Origin: a virus
Taxonomy: Duplodnaviria > Heunggongvirae > Uroviricota > Caudoviricetes
Direction: 5' to 3' (one strand)
IMG/VR virus record: IMGVR_UViG_3300025326_000020
Length of the DNA stretch: 64,000 nucleotides
Shown: positions 56,685-64,000 of the stretch, in pieces
Numbering within the stretch: position 1 is the first letter of the stretch
Layout: the number at the start of each line of letters is the position of its first letter
Position numbers and translations under genes: made by a program
The notes under the pieces: model-generated
Told to the model about the DNA's origin: nothing
Databases searched by the model: none
What the model saw: the letters and a program-made list of their open reading frames with translations, nothing else

Positions 56685-57959
56685 TCAGAAGTTGAACGGA
56701 GTGGTTGTTCCGTTGGCGTTGAGGTAGGCATTTCCTGATTCCTCGTATCCTACGTTGCTTGGATACCATGAGTGCACTGGTCCTGAGTTACCACATCTAG
56801 CATGCCACAGCTTACCAAATCTGTTATCGAAATACCTTACATTCTTAGCGGTTGGACCACCAGTGTATGTGCAGTATTCGCCAGCAGCATTAAGCAAATT
56901 GTACCGGACTAGCACACCATCCATTGCACCTTCATCATACAGTGACAATGCTGACGAGCAGCCCTGTGGGCCTGGATCAGCAAATACCGCACGATAGCAG
57001 TTTAGGTTGTTGTGCCAAATCACAATGTTCTTGCCATAGTTCATCCCAACAGCCGCTTGGTGAGCACCTGTAGTGTAAACCATTCGCGTCACGTATGAGT
57101 CCGTGATACTTACGTTGTTTCCACCACCAATACCTGTTGAGGTATCATGTACGTAGCAACGTAGACAAGAGTAGTTATCACCATCAGCCACCGGCGCCGC
57201 ATTTGTAACGGCACTAGTGATCTCAACATCTATCAGCTTCAAACCACGATAGTTCTTGCTTGCTGACCAATGTGGTGAGATTGCACCAACAATAAGCGAA
57301 TTACGAATGGTGATGTTTCCTGCTACATCGTGCACCCGAAGAAATCCTTGACTACCTTGGAAAATGCAACCATCAAAAATCAGGTTGCCCTTTTCAAAGT
57401 GACCATCAAAGTTATCTGGGTTACTTGCCGGTGTGGCATCCTGCTCACTACAACGCTTAAGATCTGTCTTCGTCAATCCCGTATGCACATATCCAGTGCA
57501 ATTCTCATCCGGGAACGCTGGCCATGGAGCACAGAATAACACAGGACCAGGACCCGGAGGATCTGTTGGCGTAGGAGTTGGGGTCGTCGTTACTGTGGGT
57601 GTTGGTGTTGCTGTCGGGCTTGGTGTAATGGTAGGACCCACAGTAGGACTGGGTGTCGGAGTAGCAGTAACCGTAGGAGTTGGGGATGGTGTAGGTGTTA
57701 CCTCAGGCAGAGTAAATGCACTGACACAACGAACTAACCATTCTCGATCCGCTGCTGATAATGGTGCAGGATTATCAAGACGGTCCTGACAATCCTGACG
57801 GGCACTATCAGCAGTCGCTGCACTACTAGCACTAGCTCCGAACGACAGCGTGTTTGCGGTCGCTCCGACTACTAGAAACGCAGCGGCTACTGTTGTTACT
57901 AATTTTGCTTTTGTCAGCACTTGCTTGCCTCCTAATGTTGGCATCCCGTGACATGGCAA
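56685..57959 (-). CDS. secreted protein: signal peptide, Pro/Thr-rich linker, right-handed beta-helix (pectate-lyase-like) domain
   Basis: N-terminal hydrophobic signal; TPTPSPTPTVTATPTPSPTVGPTITPSPTATPTPTV linker; repetitive NxxIxN beta-helix-like C-terminal domain. Confidence 0.55.
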   Translation of the reverse strand: MPCHGMPTLGGKQVLTKAKLVTTVAAAFLVVGATANTLSFGASASSAATADSARQDCQDRLDNPAPLSAADREWLVRCVSAFTLPEVTPTPSPTPTVTATPTPSPTVGPTITPSPTATPTPTVTTTPTPTPTDPPGPGPVLFCAPWPAFPDENCTGYVHTGLTKTDLKRCSEQDATPASNPDNFDGHFEKGNLIFDGCIFQGSQGFLRVHDVAGNITIRNSLIVGAISPHWSASKNYRGLKLIDVEITSAVTNAAPVADGDNYSCLRCYVHDTSTGIGGGNNVSITDSYVTRMVYTTGAHQAAVGMNYGKNIVIWHNNLNCYRAVFADPGPQGCSSALSLYDEGAMDGVLVRYNLLNAAGEYCTYTGGPTAKNVRYFDNRFGKLWHARCGNSGPVHSWYPSNVGYEESGNAYLNANGTTTPFNF

Positions 57960-57969
57960 AATTGTTTAC

Positions 57970-58054
57970 GCGGTGAAGGTAGGATTTGAACCCACGGTGC
58001 TTTTACACACTTCCGCTTTCAAGGCGGATGCCTTAAGCCTCTCGGCCACTTCAC
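57970..58054 (-). tRNA. tRNA-Ser (anticodon TGA), type II
   Basis: perfect acceptor GGTGAAG/CTTCACC; anticodon arm TCCGC-CTTGAAA-GCGGA; long variable arm GTGTGTAAAAGCAC; T-loop TTCAAAT; 85 nt. Confidence 0.7.
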
Positions 58055-58105
58055 CAAACTTTATATATGTTTCCATGTTCTTCTAGCTATAAGTTCTCTT
58101 ATTAA

Positions 58106-58453
58106 TTACCAATCATGATCATCGGTTATCGGTGATAGATCATCAGGATCAGCACCAATGAGTTTACAAAGCTTAGTCCAAATTTTGAGCAAACAAATTT
58201 CACAATAATCACGACGGAACTGCTGGTGTACACATTGATCAGGATTGAGATAGATTGATAACTCAGACAGTTCAACATCACCGTCAGGTATTACTAAACC
58301 ACAACCATCGCATGTATAGTGTACAATCTGTATTGTCTGACTTACTTCTCTAGTTTCAACCCTTGTACTGTACCGTCTAGACATGATGCTCCTAGAGTGC
58401 TTTGGATATGTTATCGCAATCGTAAATGAGGCCCCACTTATACAACTATCCAC
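58106..58453 (-). CDS. hypothetical protein
   Basis: ORF. Confidence 0.4.
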   Translation of the reverse strand: MDSCISGASFTIAITYPKHSRSIMSRRYSTRVETREVSQTIQIVHYTCDGCGLVIPDGDVELSELSIYLNPDQCVHQQFRRDYCEICLLKIWTKLCKLIGADPDDLSPITDDHDW

Positions 58454-58578
58454 CGTGGTTAACGCTATCTTCCGTAGCTCCCACCAAATGATGCATAATC
58501 TAGTGTTAGAGTATGATCTCAGGGCTCTCTCGCGATGTAAGTTAAACGATTACTGCCGACCCAAAGCGAGTCTAGAAG

Positions 58579-59370
58579 CTAGCAGCTACGAATGGCAATA
58601 CCTCGTGCTCTAAGCCAAGGTGCTGGATTAATCTGATTCCATAGTCCCTTGTGCACTTCAAAGTGCAGATGTGGTCCGGTCGCATGACCAGTTGCACCAA
58701 CATAGCCTATGATTTGACCAGCCTTAACCCTTTGACCGTTGCTGACAATTTCACGGCTCATGTGTGCATAGTGAGTATATACGTTGCCACCATGATTAAC
58801 AAACACCGAGATACCATAGCCGGAATAAATCCAACCCGACTTATATATTGTACCGGCGGATACCGCACGTATCGGCGTACCTGTGGGCTTTGCCAGGTCT
58901 ACTCCCTGGTGCATACTACCCCATCGCATTCCGAAACATGAGGTAACGGCCGCACCCTTTAGTGGGTTGACCCATTTTGCTGAGCTAATCGTTGGTTTTG
59001 GCTTGGTTGCCGGTGCGACTGTCTTAACGGTAACACCTAATTTGGGAATCCACAACCGTTGGCCGTCCAAAATTATATTCGGATCGGCAACTCTACTCTT
59101 GTTTGCCTTGTAAATGGTGGGCCATAAACTAGCCTTACCATAGTAATGCTTAGCCATTCCAGACAAGGTACCATTAATAGACGGATAAGCTGTAACATTA
59201 GCCCAGAAGCCATCGGCTGATTGTGCTGCACTTATCTTTTCTACTGTGAATTCAACATTCGTTGGTTGTGCTGTGATCGATGCTGCGGTTGCGCTAGTTT
59301 CTGTTAGTAGGAGTGTGCCAATGGCGATTAAACCTGCAATAGTAATTGCGGCTAATCTGGTTCTCTTCAT
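58579..59370 (-). CDS. secreted LysM + M23 (LytM-type) peptidoglycan endopeptidase
   Basis: signal peptide; LysM-like HYYGKASLWPTIYKANKSRVADPNIILDGQRLWIP; M23 motifs HQGVDL and GPHLHFEV. Confidence 0.7.
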   Translation of the reverse strand: MKRTRLAAITIAGLIAIGTLLLTETSATAASITAQPTNVEFTVEKISAAQSADGFWANVTAYPSINGTLSGMAKHYYGKASLWPTIYKANKSRVADPNIILDGQRLWIPKLGVTVKTVAPATKPKPTISSAKWVNPLKGAAVTSCFGMRWGSMHQGVDLAKPTGTPIRAVSAGTIYKSGWIYSGYGISVFVNHGGNVYTHYAHMSREIVSNGQRVKAGQIIGYVGATGHATGPHLHFEVHKGLWNQINPAPWLRARGIAIRSC

Positions 59371-59736
59371 TAGATTCCTAACACTGTGCAGAAACAGACA
59401 GTAGTGCTAGGAATCGAATAAGAAGTCTGTTTCCGCTCCTATATGATTATTAAGTTGTAGCGAAACCTCTCAGCCCTTATGGTTTCATGGGAGCCCTCAA
59501 CAATTGTGCCGCTCCTACTACACACCATACCATTTCAGTGGCATCTGGTATGGCAGCCACCAACGTTAATACCTAACAAGTTCGGCGAAATCCTACGGGG
59601 GAGGAGCCGAACGATTCAGGTATTTCTACAGCCACCGTGACTCTAATAATAAGAACACATTAGTTGTTTCACACACTGATCCCTAAGGAGAGAGTTGTGT
59701 ACAGGTCTCCTGTACCACCATGACTAATGTGTTCAG

Positions 59737-59808
59737 TGCTTTCAACAGGACTCGAACCTGTGCACTCCCGGCTTCAACGGGATGCTCTACCAGCTAAGCT
59801 ATGAAAGC
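59737..59808 (-). tRNA. tRNA-Phe (anticodon GAA)
   Basis: perfect acceptor GCTTTCA/TGAAAGC; D-arm GCTTAGCTGGTAGAGC; anticodon arm TCCCG-TTGAAGC-CGGGA; T-arm ACAGG-TTCGAGT-CCTGT. Confidence 0.75.
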
Positions 59809-59950
59809 ATAACATTAGCTTCTCTTTTCAGAACTCTATGGAAGCTCTTGATGTCTCCAACATCTGTGATCGTATGTTTGACCACGTAGACACCAACGTT
59901 TGATACATAATCTTTTGTGTGGAAATTTTCTATTGAACCATGCTTTCACG

Positions 59951-60022
59951 AGACGCCAGTAGGATTCAAACCTACGTAGATTGGATTTGCAATCCAATGC
60001 CTAATCACTCGGCCATGACGTC
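59951..60022 (-). tRNA. tRNA-Cys (anticodon GCA)
   Basis: acceptor GACGTCA/TGGCGTC; anticodon arm TTGGA-TTGCAAA-TCCAA; T-arm GTAGG-TTTGAAT-CCTAC. Confidence 0.6.
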
Positions 60023-60029
60023 ATTCTTA

Positions 60030-60167
60030 CTAATCGTCAGTAAATGCAGTTGTTGCTAGTTCATCAAACTTCTCTACAATTTCTTTGCGCTTCTTAACTA
60101 CGACTAGAACTAGTGCAACTGCTGCTGCTGCTGTTGCCCCTGCTACTAGCCATACTACCTTAGGCAT
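60030..60167 (-). CDS. unannotated 45-aa single-transmembrane peptide (below the ORF-track size cutoff)
   Basis: ATG at 60167; hydrophobic WLVAGATAAAAVALVLVVV followed by KKRKE. Confidence 0.3.
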   Translation of the reverse strand: MPKVVWLVAGATAAAAVALVLVVVKKRKEIVEKFDELATTAFTDD

Positions 60168-60225
60168 AACTCTCCAATTGATTATAGCGTATGGATATGT
60201 TTATTGATATCGGATATCTTATGTC

Positions 60226-60251
60226 GTTAACCGATTTCATCCGACCCATAC
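60226..60251 (+). repeat. GTTAACCGA-N6-TCCGACCCA repeat copy
   Basis: matches 63892..63916. Confidence 0.5.
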
Positions 60252-60280
60252 GTGAGATACCATTCCCGTGGTTGATCTCG

Positions 60281-60352
60281 TGGTCATAGAAGGAGTCGAA
60301 CCTTCAGGGCTATTGCTTTACAGGCAACGCCAGACACCATATCAGTACGACC
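60281..60352 (-). tRNA. tRNA-Tyr-like (anticodon GTA) with short variable loop and atypical D-arm
   Basis: acceptor GGTCGTA/TATGACC; anticodon arm GTTGC-CTGTAAA-GCAAT; T-arm GAAGG-TTCGACT-CCTTC. Confidence 0.4.
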
Positions 60353-60531
60353 AATTTATTACGTAGTGTGAGGCCATATCATGTTCGGACAAGAACAAAG
60401 AATACACCGAAAAGGTGTCCCTGGATCAGTTGGATCAAGATTGAGTGTGTCATCTAGACGGTGATCATCGCTGCTATGTTCACAGCTTGTACAATTTTCA
60501 GGTTCCATAATCAACACTCACTTTCTTATAG

Positions 60532-60604
60532 GGTGTATGACGGGATTCGAACCCGCGAATGAATAGGATCACAACCTATTTCCTGATGCCCCCGGATCAT
60601 ACAC
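60532..60604 (-). tRNA. tRNA-His (anticodon GTG)
   Basis: acceptor GTGTATG/CATACAC; anticodon arm ATAGG-TTGTGAT-CCTAT; T-arm GCGGG-TTCGAAT-CCCGT. Confidence 0.55.
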
Positions 60605-60606
60605 AG

Positions 60607-60679
60607 TACCAACGGTGGGACTTGAACCCACACTTTACGGCACCTAAAGCCGTTCCCTCTGCCATTGGGGTACGTTGGC
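60607..60679 (-). tRNA. class-I tRNA with leucine-type anticodon TAG (identity uncertain)
   Basis: acceptor GCCAACG/CGTTGGT; anticodon arm ACGGC-TTTAGGT-GCCGT; 5-nt variable loop; T-arm GTGGG-TTCAAGT-CCCAC; discriminator A. Confidence 0.6.
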
Positions 60680-60968
60680 ATATGTACTGTCATCTGGCCT
60701 TCATCTTCCGATTAAGACTTCCACTATGTCACCAAGTGACAGTACACATCTAACACTTCGATTACAATGTACTTCCATGCCACGCATGGGACGAATCTCT
60801 GTGTCTACAACAACCTATGTTAGTTCAGTTGCGGTACAGGCCCTCGCCTATTGTAATCGACATTTATTGGTAACGAATACGTTGACAGTCAATACAAGCA
60901 AAACACCAAACACGCTTGTGCTGCCAACAAATACCTAAGTTACTTAGTCTACGGAAGAAGCGCATTTG

Positions 60969-61526
60969 TTAACTCCTCGTTGCAACGATTATAGTTATTA
61001 CTGTTGCAATGAAGCTTATTAAGCCTACGAGGTATCCCCAACCATCTTTCAGACCCGTGCCTCGTCCAGCGCGTGAAATGCTGTCATTCTTTAGTTCATC
61101 AATAGAAACCATTATACCTCTTACGTCTCTATCCATTCTTTCGGATAGAGATGTTGTTTCCCTGCCAATTCTTTCCGTCAATGAAGTAAGTCTTTGCTGA
61201 GCTTCTGATCTAGGCATTTGTTGTGAAATAACATCATTAACTAATTGACGGAACTCATTAACAGAATCAAAGCGCTTCTCAGCAGCAACTTCAGCTTTTG
61301 TTACAGCTTTTTCAGCAGCAGTTAAAGCTGTTTGCACCGCTTTTTCGGCAGCAAGAAGTGCAGCATCAAGAGCCTTAATTTGCGCATCATACCTTTGTTG
61401 ATAGCGCAAATCCATTTCACTCAGTAATGCCGTTATGTGCTTATCACGCTCGTCCAGTAATACTTTTACGTGGCTAAATACAGAAATTACATTACCAACT
61501 GTATCACTGGCGTCGGGAAACACCAT
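60969..61526 (-). CDS. coiled-coil protein with C-terminal transmembrane anchor (ElaB/DUF883-like architecture)
   Basis: start set at the internal Met preceded by GGAGAG; Ala/Glu/Lys-rich helical region; C-terminal GWGYLVGLISFIATVITIIV. Confidence 0.45.
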   Translation of the reverse strand: MVFPDASDTVGNVISVFSHVKVLLDERDKHITALLSEMDLRYQQRYDAQIKALDAALLAAEKAVQTALTAAEKAVTKAEVAAEKRFDSVNEFRQLVNDVISQQMPRSEAQQRLTSLTERIGRETTSLSERMDRDVRGIMVSIDELKNDSISRAGRGTGLKDGWGYLVGLISFIATVITIIVATRS

Positions 61527-61725
61527 TTTTAACTCTCCAATTAAGGGGAGCAAAAAGAAAAATGGTTCCGATTTGTTAACTAGAGTTTGGGAACCAAAAA
61601 CCATTTCTCCATCTACACTGAATTTTTACAGGCGCTTTAACGTCAGCCCAAAAATTATGTAGACTCAAACGTGGCGACGGTTAACCTTTACAAACCCGAA
61701 GGTTACAGTGTTAACAAACTGGACG

Positions 61726-61810
61726 CGAAAGATATAGGATTCGAACCTATGGAGGTTTTACCCTCAACGAGTTAGCAACTCGTCCCATTAAGCCACTCTG
61801 GCAATCTTTC
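61726..61810 (-). tRNA. tRNA-Ser (anticodon GCT), type II
   Basis: perfect acceptor GAAAGAT/ATCTTTC; anticodon arm ACGAG-TTGCTAA-CTCGT; variable arm GAGGGTAAAACCTC; T-arm ATAGG-TTCGAAT-CCTAT. Confidence 0.6.
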
Positions 61811-61896
61811 TCACTGGTATAGAATAATCTATACCAGCTAGTCACAAATGTTTGTCAGAATTTGTGACAACTCTATGCGCGGGTGCGAGCCTATCG

Positions 61897-61967
61897 AACG
61901 GCCTACCAGGATCGAACTGGCATACTCTGGGTGGAGGCCAGATTCCTTACCATTAGGATAAGGCCGC
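61897..61967 (-). tRNA. tRNA-Gly (anticodon TCC) with unusual C33
   Basis: acceptor GCGGCCT/AGGCCGT; D-arm TCCTAATGGTAAGGA; anticodon arm TCTGG-CCTCCAC-CCAGA; T-arm GCCAG-TTCGATC-CTGGT. Confidence 0.6.
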
Positions 61968-62149
61968 AAGTCCAAGGTAACACTGGCTCCAATGTTACCT
62001 TGGAGTAAAGTCCAGAGTAGTACAAGGGACGAGAAGTGTGGATGGGCAACCCGCCCAATACTACTCTGGAGTAAAGCCTAGCTAGTCCCAGAGGACAGCT
62101 AGGAGCTATGGAGTGTGGATATGTTATGAGATCGGGTTTGGACTAGGCG

Positions 62150-62223
62150 CCATGCCTTTTCGTCAGGAATCGAACCTGAATCGTCTGATTAATAGTCAGA
62201 TAACCAATACTCTTCCGACCCAC
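62150..62223 (-). ncRNA. tRNA-like member of the GTGGGTCGGA family (anticodon-like loop CTATTAA; no closable acceptor)
   Basis: 5' GTGGGTCGGA-AGAG-TATTGGTTATC; hairpin TCTGA-CTATTAA-TCAGA; T-arm TCAGG-TTCGATT-CCTGA. Confidence 0.4.
62199..62223 (+). repeat. GATAACCAATA-N4-TCCGACCCAC repeat copy
   Basis: matches 63577..63601 and 56523..56548. Confidence 0.5.
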
Positions 62224-62359
62224 ACTCTGAGTCACTAAATTGATAATGATGCATGACATTGGCTTATTAACGCATACTCCTCACATACTGCAAGGTATCT
62301 GTGTCCTGGGTCATGACTCCAGTTAGGCACCCCGGGCACCTATCATATACCAACATCAT

Positions 62360-62445
62360 CCGCAAAGGTGGAGAGATTCGAACTCTCATAATCGGTTTTG
62401 GAGACCAATCAGCACAACCTACGCTCACCGATAAGGTGGCCATCC
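62360..62445 (-). ncRNA. tRNA-like structured element (T-arm GAGAG-TTCGAAT-CTCTC plus long-range 8-bp helix TAATCGGT/ACCGATTA)
   Basis: no canonical cloverleaf. Confidence 0.3.
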
Positions 62446-62842
62446 ATTTGGTTAGCAAGGCGATGGCCTATTCCTTGTATTATAGCTTATCTACAGATCG
62501 CGTTTAGTTTTTTCAGTAGAGCTGACGTTTCATCATGGCTCAGCTAATTCCATGACTTCTATAGATAAACTGTTTTGAATAGTACAATCGAACGATCTGA
62601 CTAACCTTTAACAGGGCCAACTGTTTGCGTTCAGATAGTATGGTTACTCCGGCTAAGAGCCATAGCGTTTGATTGTACAATAGACTCGCCATTTCTGGCG
62701 TCGCAGTACAATCTTGTTTGCCAAGACTATACTACTAAAAGCTTTTCGTGGCCGGGGACGAGATCCCACGCTTCCACAACCATACACTGCAACTAATCGG
62801 CAAACTAGTGTTGCAAATGTACCAAGCCTCTTACTGGTTCCG

Positions 62843-62915
62843 TACCATTAGTAGGATTCGAACCTACAACCTCATGCTTCGGAAGCATTTGCTCTATCCA
62901 TTGAGCTATAACGGT
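62843..62915 (-). tRNA. tRNA-Arg (anticodon CCG)
   Basis: acceptor ACCGTTA/TAATGGT; D-arm GCTCAATGGATAGAGC; anticodon loop TTCCGAA on ATGC/GCAT stem; T-arm GTAGG-TTCGAAT-CCTAC. Confidence 0.6.
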
Positions 62916-63050
62916 GTACGCCCACCAACATTCTACAGCGTAAAGCTTGACAGGCTTCATATGCTTATGAATGGTAGGTAAAGGCAGGTCTCCATAAACC
63001 CTACGTTGCTCACTGCCTCTTTGCCCGTCACGGCATACCAACAGTGCATG

Positions 63051-63137
63051 TACCATCGGTAGGACTCGAACCTACATACCGTACAGCCGTCGCTGGCCTG
63101 CTAATACGCAGGTGCTCTGCCATTGAGCTACGATGGT
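63051..63137 (-). ncRNA. type-II tRNA-like gene with aberrant 6/8-nt anticodon loop (GTATTA)
   Basis: perfect acceptor ACCATCG/CGATGGT; D-arm GCTCAATGGCAGAGC; stem CCTGC/GCAGG; 21-nt variable region; T-arm GTAGG-TTCGAGT-CCTAC; 87 nt. Confidence 0.4.
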
Positions 63138-63195
63138 ATAAAAGCGGAGGCCAGAGGGAATATAAGCTAGACATCCGACTGGACCTCCGTTTAAG

Positions 63196-63267
63196 CACGC
63201 TTAGTAGGAATCGAACCTACATCCTTAGTTCCGTAGACTAAAGCTCTCTCCGTTGAGCTATAAGCGT
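63196..63267 (-). tRNA. tRNA-Arg (anticodon ACG)
   Basis: perfect acceptor ACGCTTA/TAAGCGT; D-arm GCTCAACGGAGAGAGC; anticodon arm TTAGT-CTACGGA-ACTAA; T-arm GTAGG-TTCGATT-CCTAC. Confidence 0.75.
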
Positions 63268-63394
63268 ATAGGCAGTGCAACATTCACAGTGCGGGATTGT
63301 TGCCCCGACTAGGTTCGTCAACCTCCCCTAGTTTATACGTTGCACTGGCTAGAAATCTTCCCTGCCAGGGAAGTTTGGTAGTTCGGATATATGT

Positions 63395-63530
63395 TTGTAA
63401 TCGAAAATGCCTTTCGGCAATGACAGTCGCTCTTCCACTGAGCTACAAGGAAGGATTCGAACCTCCGACATACTGTTTATCCGTTAATCGATTAGCTCCG
63501 ACCCGAACCAAAGCTAGATCCTGTGGATAT
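63395..63530 (-). ncRNA. composite tRNA-like region: D-arm GCTCAGTGGAAGAGC with GNRA hairpin TGCC-GAAA-GGCA, adjacent T-arm GGAGG-TTCGAAT-CCTTC
   Basis: tRNA modules present but not assembled into one canonical cloverleaf. Confidence 0.3.
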
Positions 63531-63576
63531 GTAACCTTCTATCAGAATTATTGTTGCCGCAAATTTTGTCGCGGTA

Positions 63577-63601
63577 AGATAACCAATAGAAGTCCGACCC
63601 A
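63577..63601 (+). repeat. GATAACCAATA-N4-TCCGACCCAC repeat copy
   Basis: matches 62199..62223. Confidence 0.5.
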
Positions 63602-63891
63602 CAGGGTACTTAACGATGTAATGACAGGCGACATCTACTGTTCGTTTAAGACTACCTTCTAAGGGAGAGGAATCCCTGTCATTACATCTTGTGGGTGGGA
63701 TTGGCTATTTCCCAACGATAATCGTCCAGACATGCCGGTGCTGGCCCACGTGGTTGTACTGTAAAAGCAATGGCGATGACCAATGCTTGTTAAATTTGTT
63801 CATAAGTGTTGTGGATATAAAGTAGACATCGGGTTATTGTGCTGACGTATCCGATAAATCAGATACGTTCAACATCATATCATCCCTATGA

Positions 63892-63916
63892 GTTAACCGA
63901 CGTCAATCCGACCCAC
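63892..63916 (+). repeat. GTTAACCGA-N6-TCCGACCCAC repeat copy
   Basis: matches 60226..60251. Confidence 0.5.
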
Positions 63917-64000
63917 AACTAATAAGTCCAGTGAACATGTTTGAGAATTGGAAATTTTTTACACCGACTACGTCGATGTTGTCACTCCCATGTGACTATT

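Noticed and set aside
57433-57789. + strand ORF encoding a Gly/Val-rich peptide (VGVGVGV...)
   Set aside because: It is the antisense reading of the Pro/Thr-linker codons of the 56685..57959 gene; a low-complexity artefact.
59425-59445. T-loop-like motif ttcgatt on the - strand
   Set aside because: Flanking bases cannot form a T-stem or acceptor, so it is not a tRNA.
62748-63662. + strand ORFs 62748..62981, 63044..63241 and 63297..63662, plus - strand 62805..63056
   Set aside because: They traverse several - strand tRNA genes and have no RBS; their composition is driven by tRNA sequence.
1-64000. CRISPR arrays, integrase/attP, transposases
   Set aside because: No regular direct-repeat/spacer arrays and no tyrosine or serine recombinase or transposase motifs were seen. 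The repeats found are irregular tRNA-like modules and coding tandem repeats.

Overview
This window looks like a contiguous segment of a large tailed dsDNA phage (or prophage) genome with moderate GC (about 45-48% by eye). Positions 1-19246 carry a + strand virion structural module: prohead protease/scaffold, lambda gpE-like major capsid, head-tail joining proteins, major tail protein, tail chaperones with an A_AAA_AAC -1 frameshift site, an 880-aa tape measure protein, a Gly-rich minor tail protein and a tandem-repeat tail fibre. It ends at a bidirectional terminator near 19.27 kb. From 19301 to about 59400 everything is on the - strand: a replication/recombination/nucleotide-metabolism module (RuvC-like resolvase, family A DNA polymerase with an N-terminal UDG-like domain, PrimPol-helicase, Sak4-like ATPase + DUF669 + Cas4-like nuclease, dCTP deaminase, ThyX, SNF2 helicase, ParB-like nuclease, HNH endonucleases and a Fic-domain protein), a GH25 endolysin, and a cluster of secreted or membrane proteins. 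From about 39 kb onward, and densely from 59.7 to 63.3 kb, the - strand carries more than 23 hand-folded tRNA genes plus at least 10 degenerate tRNA-like elements. The most unusual content is a Ro60/Rsr (TROVE+vWA) orthologue at 54650..56281 flanked by candidate Y-RNA-like tRNA mimics. One of these (54222..54363) has a canonical acceptor/D/T scaffold with a ~75-nt hairpin-containing insertion in place of the anticodon arm. A repeated GTGGGTCGGA-containing module occurs eight times, all but one in the tRNA-rich region (the exception is at 60226..60251), and once inside the rsr ribosome-binding site. All RNA calls are manual folds and need tRNAscan-SE, ARAGORN or Infernal confirmation.
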